NCBI GenBank assembly: GCA_963674865.2
Contig: CAXXYE010000007.1
Span: 128,001-192,000, forward strand
Length of the DNA stretch: 64,000 nt
Source: Candidatus Hydrogenedentota bacterium
Lineage (GTDB): Bacteria > Hydrogenedentota > Hydrogenedentia > Hydrogenedentales > SLHB01
Direction of reading: 5' to 3'
Shown here: in pieces, positions 44,486 to 52,999 of the stretch
Position numbering within the stretch: the stretch's first letter is position 1
How the letters are laid out: the number at the start of each line of letters is the position of its first letter
Position numbers and translations under genes: made by a program
The notes under the pieces: model-generated
The model's database searches: none
Told to the model about the DNA's origin: nothing
The model's input: only the letters and a program-made list of their open reading frames with translations

Positions 44486-44935
44486 ATGTCTTACGGAAGA
44501 ACTGCGCAGATCCTCGCGAAGCAGGTGGGCCTATTCCACGGACTTAATCCCGAGGACGTGGCCAAGATCCTCTCCAAAGGCATGACGATGCACGTCCGCA
44601 AGGGCGAAACCATCTTCTACAAGGACACGACGGGCAACATGATGTTCGTCATTCTCGAAGGCCAAGTCGGGGTCTTTGACGGCGAAAAGCCCATCGCGAC
44701 GCTTACGGCGGGGGACATGTTCGGCGAGATGGCGCTGATCAACAATGCCCCCAGAAGCGCGACGGCGATTGCTGTGACGGACACGAACCTCTTCACGTTA
44801 AGCGAGGAAATCTTCCAGCGATTGCTCACCAAGCGTGTCGCCGTTCGTATTCTCCTCAATATTGTCGCCACCCTCAGCAAACGCCTGCGCGAAACCGACC
44901 GCAAACTCAAGGAAATCGAAACGCGCGCCGGCTGA
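44486..44935 (+). CDS. Cyclic nucleotide-binding domain protein (no HTH)
   Basis: GETIF, MFVILEGQV, GDMFGEMALINNAPRSATA, LSKRLR. Confidence 0.9.
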   Translation: MSYGRTAQILAKQVGLFHGLNPEDVAKILSKGMTMHVRKGETIFYKDTTGNMMFVILEGQVGVFDGEKPIATLTAGDMFGEMALINNAPRSATAIAVTDTNLFTLSEEIFQRLLTKRVAVRILLNIVATLSKRLRETDRKLKEIETRAG

Positions 44936-45027
44936 GGAAGCCGGCCCATAGCTTCGTGCGGCCGGGAGTGGGGGAGGAGTCGGCGAGGTTGTGCCGCCGG
45001 CTGGCGGCAAGTACACTTGCCTTTCCT

Positions 45028-45774
45028 ATGGTTATTGACTGCCACGCCCATATCATGAACGCCGAGCAGACGCATCTTGCGCGCTTGCTCAATGGGGCCG
45101 ACCGCGCCGGAATCGAGAAGATCTGCATCTCCTCTCTCTCACGAAGATGGGATGAATTTCCCTCCGCTGCTCAGCTCGAGGAGGCGGCGTCGGACGTGCT
45201 TGACGCCTGCGCGGCCCATCCCGAGCGCCTCATTGGCGTTACCTACGTCAGCGCTGATCACGTGGACGACTCGCTGCGGCTCATCGACCGCTGCATCGCA
45301 AACGGCCCTTGCCGCGCCGTCAAGCTCTGGGTGTCTCAGTTCGCCGACGACCCACGCCTCAATCCCATCATCGAGCGGCTCATTGAGCTCGATGTGCCCG
45401 CTCTGGCGCACACCTGGATAAAGGCGACGGGCAACATGGCCAAGGAGTCCACCTGCCACCACGTGGTCGCCATGGCCAAACGCTATCCCGAGGCCAAGCT
45501 ATGGCTCGCCCATTGCAGCGGCCGATGGGAGGAAGTGGGGCGCATCGTCCGCGACTGCCCCAACGTCGCCGTGGACGTCTCCGGCGGCGAGCCGGAGGAC
45601 GGCATTGTCGAGTGCCTCGTCAAGGCGATGCCCGTCGAGCGCATCTTCTTCGGCTCCGACGCGCCCGGCCGCGGCTTCATTGTCCAGAAGGCCAAAGTCG
45701 TGGGGGCGGACATTCCGGAAAGCGACAAGGCCAAGATTCTCGGCGAAAACGTCCGGCGGTGGCTCCATGTTTGA
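45028..45774 (+). CDS. Amidohydrolase family protein (Amidohydro_2)
   Basis: IDCHAH, VKL, LAHT, LAHC, IFFGSDAP. Confidence 0.88.
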   Translation: MVIDCHAHIMNAEQTHLARLLNGADRAGIEKICISSLSRRWDEFPSAAQLEEAASDVLDACAAHPERLIGVTYVSADHVDDSLRLIDRCIANGPCRAVKLWVSQFADDPRLNPIIERLIELDVPALAHTWIKATGNMAKESTCHHVVAMAKRYPEAKLWLAHCSGRWEEVGRIVRDCPNVAVDVSGGEPEDGIVECLVKAMPVERIFFGSDAPGRGFIVQKAKVVGADIPESDKAKILGENVRRWLHV

Positions 45775-46519
45775 CATTAACGCGAAGCTCGGCCACTGGC
45801 CCTACCGGCCCGTTAGAGGCATCGAAGCTTTGCTGCGCGCCATGGACGCCTATGGCATCGAGCGCGCGGCCGTCTCATCGCTCAGCGCCGTCCATTTTCT
45901 GAATCCTCAAGATGGGAATGATGAGCTATTTCGACTTGTCGCCGCCCGCCGCGACAGGATGGTGCCGCTCGCCGTCATTAATGCCCGTTTCACCGGCTGG
46001 CAGGATGACCTCGCTGCGTGCCGAGTTGAGCACGGCGTCAAAGGGGTCGTACTTCATCCGAACTACCACGGCTTCTCGCTGGATGATCCCCTCCTCGGGG
46101 AACTGATGTCGGAGGCGGCGCGAGGCGCGTTTCCCGTGTGTGTCCAGGTGGGCCTCGATGATGTGCGGAGGCAGTTCAGGGACGCGCGCGTCGAAGACGT
46201 CCTCCCGGAGGCCGTCGGCGATTTCGCGCGCGCCCATCCGGATGTCAACATCATCGCCCTGGGCCTCAAGTTCGGACAGCCTGAGCGTACCGGCGATCCG
46301 CTTCCCGATAACCTCTTCTTCGATACGTCCAACTACGAGCGAATGGACGAGATTGAGGCCGCCGTCGAGCGTTTTGGCGCCGAAAAGCTCCTGTTCGGCA
46401 CGAATTTCCCCCTTTTCATGCCCCTAGCCAACGTAGACAAAGTTCGCAAGGCCGATATCGCCGAGTCGGCCCGCCAAGCGATCTCCGCGGGCAACGCCGC
46501 CCGGCTGCTCACTGTCTAG
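45767..46519 (+). CDS. Amidohydrolase-fold protein lacking canonical metal ligands
   Basis: FDINAKLGHWP, LHPNYHG, FDTS, LLFGTNFP; 8-bp overlap with upstream paralog. Confidence 0.8.
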   Translation: MFDINAKLGHWPYRPVRGIEALLRAMDAYGIERAAVSSLSAVHFLNPQDGNDELFRLVAARRDRMVPLAVINARFTGWQDDLAACRVEHGVKGVVLHPNYHGFSLDDPLLGELMSEAARGAFPVCVQVGLDDVRRQFRDARVEDVLPEAVGDFARAHPDVNIIALGLKFGQPERTGDPLPDNLFFDTSNYERMDEIEAAVERFGAEKLLFGTNFPLFMPLANVDKVRKADIAESARQAISAGNAARLLTV

Positions 46520-46525
46520 CTCTTT

Positions 46526-46631
46526 GAGCATGTGAAGGAATGCCGGAGGAAAAGGGGACATGTTCCAAGCGCCGTCCCCGGCGCGACTACGTGTACCCTT
46601 TTCCGGGCGCTACCGATTTCTTCACAAGCTC
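46526..46631. mobile_element. Candidate MITE (~106 bp)
   Basis: Terminal inverted repeats GAGCATGTGAAGGAAT / ATTTCTTCACAAGCTC (14/16), nested internal inverted repeats, TTT on both flanks. Confidence 0.55.
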
Positions 46632-46718
46632 TTTGAGGTCGGCCGCGTTTGCCATCGGCCTTGCGGCCCTTCAGTCCCCTGAGCTACCATGCCGCAAACA
46701 CAACGGCTGAGGTGACGC

Positions 46719-47918
46719 ATGAAAGCAATTATCATGGCCGCGGGCAAGTCCACCCGCACCTATCCTCTGACGCTGACCCGCCCGAAACCGCTCCTCAAAG
46801 TCGCCAACAAGACAATCCTCGCCCATCAGTTGGATGCCCTTGCGGGAACCGTGGACACGGTAGTGCTTGTCGTGGGCTACATGAAGGAGCGCATTCAAGA
46901 AGTCTTCGGCGATCGGTACGGCGATTTGGCCCTCGAATACGTCTGCCAGGAAGAGCAACTGGGCACGGGCCACGCCATTCTGCAATGCGCCGACGCCATC
47001 CGTGACGCGCCCTTCATCGCCATGAACGGCGATGATTTCTACGCCCCGGAGGACCTGCGCGCCCTGGCCGCGGCCGATCAGGCGGCGCTCGTGAAACACG
47101 TGCCCGACCCCCGGCTCTCAGGCATCTACGAGGTCACCGACGGCAACCGCGTCGTCAGGCTCGTCGAGAAGCCTAAGGAGGTTTTCTCCACCCTCGCGAA
47201 CATCGGCGCCTACAGGTTCACGCCGGAGGTGTTCGAGGTGCTCCGAAGGACGGAGTTATCGCCGCGGGGCGAGATCGAGATCACCTCGGCCATTCAGACG
47301 CTCGCGGATGATAGCGATTTCCGCGTCATCGAGGCGCAAGGTTACTGGCTCGCCATCGGCTATCCCTGGCATCTCCTCGACGCAAACGCCTTCTTCCTCG
47401 AGCAGTTCCTCGAGCCGGTGATCCGTGGCGATGTCAGTTCCGCGGCCGAGCTGAACGGCCCCGTCGCCGTGGGCGAGGGCACGGTTATCCGCGCCGGAGT
47501 GGTTATCGACGGCCCCGTCTGCATCGGCAGCGGCTGCTCCATCGGGCCGAACTGCTGGATTCGCCCCGGCACGACCCTCGGAAACGGATGCCGCGTCGGC
47601 CAGGGCTCCGAGGTCAAGAACTCCATCCTCATGGACAGCGCGGCCGCGCCTCACCAGAACTACGTGGGCGATTCCGTCATCGGGGAGCACTCTAACCTCG
47701 GATGCGGCACGGTGACGGCCAACGTCCGGCACGACGGGACGGAGCCGCGCTCCATGGTGAAGGGCGAACTCGTCTCCACCGGCCGGCGGAAGTGCGGCGC
47801 TTTCATCGGCGACAACGTCCACACCGGCATCCACACGTCCATCCTCGAGGGCCGCAAACTCTGGCCCAACACGATGACGCGCCCCGGCGAGGTCGTCGCG
47901 CGCGATATCGAAGCCTAG
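46719..47918 (+). CDS. Bifunctional sugar-1-phosphate nucleotidyltransferase/acetyltransferase (archaeal GlmU-like)
   Basis: MAAGKSTRTYPLT..RPKPLL, QLGTGHA, VEKP, SPRGEIEIT, hexapeptide repeats, YVGDSVIG, NLGCGTVTANVRHD. Confidence 0.9.
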   Translation: MKAIIMAAGKSTRTYPLTLTRPKPLLKVANKTILAHQLDALAGTVDTVVLVVGYMKERIQEVFGDRYGDLALEYVCQEEQLGTGHAILQCADAIRDAPFIAMNGDDFYAPEDLRALAAADQAALVKHVPDPRLSGIYEVTDGNRVVRLVEKPKEVFSTLANIGAYRFTPEVFEVLRRTELSPRGEIEITSAIQTLADDSDFRVIEAQGYWLAIGYPWHLLDANAFFLEQFLEPVIRGDVSSAAELNGPVAVGEGTVIRAGVVIDGPVCIGSGCSIGPNCWIRPGTTLGNGCRVGQGSEVKNSILMDSAAAPHQNYVGDSVIGEHSNLGCGTVTANVRHDGTEPRSMVKGELVSTGRRKCGAFIGDNVHTGIHTSILEGRKLWPNTMTRPGEVVARDIEA

Positions 47919-47924
47919 TCCTGG

Positions 47925-50000
47925 CTACTGCGCCCGCGTGAGGATCACGCGCTGACGGGGAAGGTTCGCCCGGAGTTCCCGGCACATCTTGTAGGCGCCG
48001 TACGCTTCGCGCGGCGCGTCATGCGATTTGAGGACGTACCGATCCTCGAAACGCAGCATGCCGCCGGCCGAGCCTAACTGCGCCGAATAGGAGCAGATGG
48101 GGGAGTCGAACGGCTTGGCCTTGGGCGTTGAGTAGATGCGGAAGCCCTGGGGCAGGCGCACCGAGCCGCGCGTCACATCCAGTCCCACGCTATCCCATTG
48201 CAGGCCGTGTTCGCGCGTGGGCCGGCCCACGTCCTGAGCGCTGTACTTCATCGCAGGCAGGTCGAACAGCATGAGTTCCTCCCCGGCCTTGACGGCGTAG
48301 CCGGGAATCCGGCAGTTGAGCGTGATGAAAGGGGGCGCCGAAAGATCGGCCAGATCCGACACCTCGTAACCGCTCAAGACGGCCGCCGGATGAAGATAGC
48401 CGGCGAACTGCTGCATCCGCTTGCTGAGCTGCTCTTCGTTGAGATCCTTCATCCCGCGCATCCACGCGCCGCTATTGCCGCGTCCACTGAACGTCACCGC
48501 CAGCGTCAACGTCCCTTCCGTGTCAAGCGATGCCTCGAAGGCCGTCTCCGATTGCTCCTGCTCCGGTAGCGGGCTCTGCGTGTGCGTCAGCTTCGCGCCA
48601 CCCGCCGCCACAAGCAGCGCCGGAGCGCCTTGCATGACTCCGGGAAGCGCATCAAAAGCCAGGACATCACTTCCCGCGCTCGAGAAGATGCCCTGCTCGA
48701 CGAGATACACGGCCGACGTGTTCATGGACTTCAACGAAGGCACGGCGTCCGAAAGTGGGCCTTCCTCCCGATCTCGAACCAGGGCGAAGGCGCAGTCTAT
48801 CCCCGCAGCCTCGAGCATCTTGAAGTACAGGAAGTTCTTATCGAGCGCATTCGCCAGACTCCGCTTCGCCGTCTCCGCCGGTGCATGCGGCACGATGCGG
48901 TAGTGCCATTGCGGAATCGGCAGCGTCCGCACATTCCGCGCCACTGAGCTGTGGATGGCCTCGACTCCGCCCTCCGCCGCCAAGGCCGACGCCTTCTCGG
49001 CCAATTCCGGCGGCAGCGACGCCACGTTTGTCAAGGCCTCGGCGTAAGCGTGCCCGGCCTTTGCCCAATCGCATGCGTCTCCCAAGGTAAGCGTCGGCAC
49101 GAAGGCGCGCGAGGGCGGCATTAGCGGCTCGGGGACGATGCCCCGCTGCGGCTCGGACAACGACCACGTCTGCCTCACGAGGCCTCCGGCCACCTCACGT
49201 TCGTGCTGGATCACGGCGGGCCCATCGAGCCCCGCGGCGACGGCCCCCTCGTCCTCCTGCCGGGTGATAAGGATTACTTCCTTGCGCAGGATGGGCTGAG
49301 CGCGGCGGAATCGCTGCTCGGTGTAGAACGGCTCCAGGACTCCCGAGCGCGTCCGTACGAGCGTCGTCTGGACGTCCAGGATGTTTCCGGGGCGCGGCTC
49401 CTTGCAGACGAAGCGATAACGCGACAGGCGGCTGTATTCCGGCTGGGCCGCGTGGATGGACTCGTTCTTCAGGGCCGCATCGCTCAGGTGGAGCACACGG
49501 CCGTCGGCGGTGATGGTGAGGGCAAAGTCGATATCCGGCTCATCCAAGTCGTCCAGGTACCAGAGGCTCTGATTGGCCGCGTCCTCGCCGCGCTGCTCGA
49601 GCACTTTGGTGATCGTGCGCGCCGTGATAACAATCACTCCCAGCCGGCTGAGGTCGAACGTGCGGCGTTCGAGCAGCGTAACCGATCCGGCCGCGGGGAA
49701 GTCCTGCTCCGAGGGCTGCGCGGCGAGACACGCCTTGAGATCGGCATCGGTGATCTCGTCCACCGTCGCCACGTCGTCAAAGGCGCGTTCCCGCTGAACC
49801 TGGAGCTTCACTAACTCGCCCTTCTTATACGTGTGCTCGCCCTCTCTACCGGTGAAAACGACGGCGTGCTGTCCGATGCGCTCGATGTGCCCTTCTTCCT
49901 GTTCACCATTTCGCAGGTATAGCGTGTCGCCTGTGGCGGCGACGCACAGCCACGCCGTGAAGACCCCCGCCAAGGCCAGCATTCGCAGATGCCCTTTCAT
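47925..50000 (-). CDS. DUF3857/transglutaminase-like exported protein without catalytic Cys
   Basis: Signal peptide; same architecture as upstream gene; ANALDK in place of GDCTDK. Confidence 0.78.
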   Translation of the reverse strand: MKGHLRMLALAGVFTAWLCVAATGDTLYLRNGEQEEGHIERIGQHAVVFTGREGEHTYKKGELVKLQVQRERAFDDVATVDEITDADLKACLAAQPSEQDFPAAGSVTLLERRTFDLSRLGVIVITARTITKVLEQRGEDAANQSLWYLDDLDEPDIDFALTITADGRVLHLSDAALKNESIHAAQPEYSRLSRYRFVCKEPRPGNILDVQTTLVRTRSGVLEPFYTEQRFRRAQPILRKEVILITRQEDEGAVAAGLDGPAVIQHEREVAGGLVRQTWSLSEPQRGIVPEPLMPPSRAFVPTLTLGDACDWAKAGHAYAEALTNVASLPPELAEKASALAAEGGVEAIHSSVARNVRTLPIPQWHYRIVPHAPAETAKRSLANALDKNFLYFKMLEAAGIDCAFALVRDREEGPLSDAVPSLKSMNTSAVYLVEQGIFSSAGSDVLAFDALPGVMQGAPALLVAAGGAKLTHTQSPLPEQEQSETAFEASLDTEGTLTLAVTFSGRGNSGAWMRGMKDLNEEQLSKRMQQFAGYLHPAAVLSGYEVSDLADLSAPPFITLNCRIPGYAVKAGEELMLFDLPAMKYSAQDVGRPTREHGLQWDSVGLDVTRGSVRLPQGFRIYSTPKAKPFDSPICSYSAQLGSAGGMLRFEDRYVLKSHDAPREAYGAYKMCRELRANLPRQRVILTRAQ

Positions 50001-50004
50001 GTGC

Positions 50005-52125
50005 TCAACCCTCCTGCCCTGCGCGGGCCGGCCGCGTGCGCTTCTCGACGAAGATCTCCTGCTTGCTGAATGCCGCGATGGCTCGGAGGTGATCCCGGTA
50101 CTCCGGATAGTCCTCCACGGGCACGATCTGCGCCAGCCGCTGGAACGATTCGCGGTAGGCTATCACCCCGTCGTGCTCCTCATACGATGCGCGGAAACTT
50201 AGGTAGGGACTCGTGATTTCGAGTGGGGGAGGAACCCACTTGCTGGAGAAGCCGGGCGGCAAGATAAGATCGATCTCCAGCACGCGCTCCTCCGTTGTCA
50301 TATACTGCAAAGGATATCGCCGCCCTTCGAGCGCCACTTCCGGATAATCGCGCTCGACGGTGGGCATACGCAGGTACATCAGATCCCTGGCCCGGATGGC
50401 GTGCGCGGGAATCCGGTAGTCGATCGTCATGCTCACCTGCTCGCCAAGGTTTTCCAGATCCGATAACGTGAAATCGTCGAGCAAGGCGCCCGGACTGATC
50501 GAGTTGATGTAGTCCGACATCATAGGCTTCCGGTTATCTTCCCGTGTGCGCTTCCAGAAGCCCCGAATGCCCGCCTCGATGCTGCCTGTGTAGCGGTTGT
50601 TTGTCGCCACGGCCACGTCCCCGTTCGGCGCCAGCGTGACCTCGAGATGCGAATACCGGCTGTTGTCTTGCGGCGGCGGCACGGGAATCGTCCGCATATC
50701 GCCCCGGATCGAGTTGACGGCGACCACGCCGTGATCGTCGGCGCGGAAATACGGATATCGATAGTTCTCAGAAGTCGTGTCGAGATAGAAGCTGCGGCCG
50801 TCGAGGACCACCTCGTTGATCGCGTGGTTGCCCTCGATGGTGGGGATTTCCGTCACCGCTTTGGCCGCGGTGTTCGTGAGGATGATGATCGGATAGCTCG
50901 TTACGCCGATGGCCTTGCACATGCTCGCGAAGAGGATCGCCTTATCCGTGCAGTCGCCGTACCGGTTCTCGAAGGTTTCCTGCGCCATGTGTCCCGACCA
51001 GCCCGCGCCCAGGCTGCCCTTGATCGAGATGTAGTGCGTGTTCTCCTGCACCCAGTGATAGAGCCGCGCCAACTTCTCGTCGACGCTCGACGCCCCCGCA
51101 GTCAACTCCGTCACCTTGGCCTCGATTTGGGGCGTCACCATGACGCGCGCCGCCTGAAGCTGCCGCTCGAACGCGAAGACTTCATCGAAGGAAGTGAATA
51201 CCGACCCCTCCATCCGGGGAAGCACATCGGATTCCGGCGGCATCATAGGCTCCGCATCCAGCGGGGGCACGTCTTCCACCGTCCAGGTATACGATACGGT
51301 GCGCGAGGTGCTTTCCGTCACTGGATCATGGGGCAGATCCGGCGGGAAATGGCGCACCACGTAGTTGAATGTCACATCCTTCGGCACGGAAATCCGAACG
51401 CGCGAGAAGACAACCGGCTCCGTGCCTTGGAAGTAGTAGCCCGGGAAGAACAGGCGCGGATCCTCCGGATTGTAGCGCTCGAATGTGTAGGCGTATTCGA
51501 CCACCGACCCCACTTCGACACCGGGAATGACTCCCGAAAGCACTTTGCGGTTCGGATTGAAGAACTCCATGCTCTCCGAAGGACTGCCCACTTCGAGTGC
51601 GTCGGGCGAGAGTGTCTCCACCTGCCCGTCGGGGCTCACGGAATGCGCGTACAAGAGCTGGGCGCGGCTTCGCCCCTCCTGGAATCCAAGCGCAATGTGC
51701 GCCCAGGATTTCATCTCCTCTTTGAGCACCTGTCCGGCGAAGTGATACTGGTATGCGTTCGTTCCATCCTCGCGCAACTCGAATTCGCCGTCATCCACCA
51801 AGATAACCCCGGCGACTCCCGGATGTTGCTGCGCCATCGCCTGCCCTCGCGCAAAGAGGCGCTGAGTCAACGGCGTCAAGCCCTCCGATGCCACGGCCGC
51901 GGCCGGCCCTGCCGCCTCACCGCGCTTCCGCCATTCGACGGACTGCACATCCTGGCGCGGGATGGCCTCGCCGCCAGGCAGTATGAACTCCTGCCCGTCG
52001 AAGGTGAGGCCCTGGATATCCTCCTTGGCATCCCCTTGGTAGAGGTTCAGCTTCTCCGTCACCGGTGCATGCGCGCATCCCAGGAGCACAGCAAACAAGG
52101 CCAATGCAACGATCCGCTTCTTCAC
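50005..52125 (-). CDS. DUF3857 + transglutaminase domain lipoprotein
   Basis: Lipobox LLGC, PGVEVGSVVEY, YGDCTDKA, NHAI, YLDTT (C-H-D triad); GTG start after GGAGG. Confidence 0.88.
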   Translation of the reverse strand: MKKRIVALALFAVLLGCAHAPVTEKLNLYQGDAKEDIQGLTFDGQEFILPGGEAIPRQDVQSVEWRKRGEAAGPAAAVASEGLTPLTQRLFARGQAMAQQHPGVAGVILVDDGEFELREDGTNAYQYHFAGQVLKEEMKSWAHIALGFQEGRSRAQLLYAHSVSPDGQVETLSPDALEVGSPSESMEFFNPNRKVLSGVIPGVEVGSVVEYAYTFERYNPEDPRLFFPGYYFQGTEPVVFSRVRISVPKDVTFNYVVRHFPPDLPHDPVTESTSRTVSYTWTVEDVPPLDAEPMMPPESDVLPRMEGSVFTSFDEVFAFERQLQAARVMVTPQIEAKVTELTAGASSVDEKLARLYHWVQENTHYISIKGSLGAGWSGHMAQETFENRYGDCTDKAILFASMCKAIGVTSYPIIILTNTAAKAVTEIPTIEGNHAINEVVLDGRSFYLDTTSENYRYPYFRADDHGVVAVNSIRGDMRTIPVPPPQDNSRYSHLEVTLAPNGDVAVATNNRYTGSIEAGIRGFWKRTREDNRKPMMSDYINSISPGALLDDFTLSDLENLGEQVSMTIDYRIPAHAIRARDLMYLRMPTVERDYPEVALEGRRYPLQYMTTEERVLEIDLILPPGFSSKWVPPPLEITSPYLSFRASYEEHDGVIAYRESFQRLAQIVPVEDYPEYRDHLRAIAAFSKQEIFVEKRTRPARAGQEG

Positions 52126-52362
52126 GTAGCGATCCTCCACGTTCCACAGCCGGCACCCTTCCCCCGAACCTGCCGCCAGCATAGCAGAAGGCCGCCGCGC
52201 TTCGCAGCATCCGGCAACGCCGCGTGACACCCTTCTTGCGGGAGCGGTGCCATCGGCACATTGGATGAACAGGCCATCGGGCTGCTCTCCTACACTTGAC
52301 ACGACAGCTTCGCGAGGGGCATGATTACTTCCGGCCGCTAACAGACACAGCTAGGAGGGTAG

Positions 52363-52947
52363 ATGGAAATGGCCTCCACGGACAGCAGCGGATCCAACCC
52401 GCTGCCGGACGATCCGAGCGGTTCAGACTCATCTCGTTTCCGAAGGCCCGCTTTGGGAGTGGCTATGGGAGGGCTCTTCTGCCTCGAAGCCTGTACGTAC
52501 TTCATGGATCGTCCTCCGCTTGACGCTGACGCCGTGGCCACGCTTGCTCTCATGGTTCAGATCGGACTTGTGTTGACGGCGTTTATCTCAAGGGCAATAC
52601 TGAATAACATCGACAGTTCTGTGGCGTATCTGGCCCTGGCTTGTTTACACGTCGCCATGCTGTCCCATCTGTCCGCGCTTCATGTCTCGCCGGTGTTGAG
52701 CCTTCTGGTGATTGTCGTCGTCTCTGGCGCCCTCAGGATGCGCGGCGGGGGTGATCCGTTCAGGGAATGGGTGGCAGCAACCTGGCTCAGAGTCTTGGCA
52801 ATCACGGCGATAGTCTTGGGCGTCATCATACTGCTTGACCCCGTCAAGTCGGTCTATGGGATCATTGTCGGCGCCGGCATGTGCATGGCCGGTGTCGCGC
52901 ATCTGCGCATCCCCAATCACTCACCGCAAACCGCCGAGGGCGAGTAG
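52363..52947 (+). CDS. Hypothetical multi-pass membrane protein
   Basis: 5-6 hydrophobic segments; AGGAGG RBS; TTGACA at 52296. Confidence 0.6.
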   Translation: MEMASTDSSGSNPLPDDPSGSDSSRFRRPALGVAMGGLFCLEACTYFMDRPPLDADAVATLALMVQIGLVLTAFISRAILNNIDSSVAYLALACLHVAMLSHLSALHVSPVLSLLVIVVVSGALRMRGGGDPFREWVAATWLRVLAITAIVLGVIILLDPVKSVYGIIVGAGMCMAGVAHLRIPNHSPQTAEGE

Positions 52948-52999
52948 CGTCCCCGGCTTGCGAACGGTTCCCGACGAACCGCGGCCCATCTGCATTCGG

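Noticed and set aside
52948..52999. XerCD/dif-like target for the IS1202-like element
   Set aside because: No dif-like 11-6-11 AT-rich site is visible next to either end
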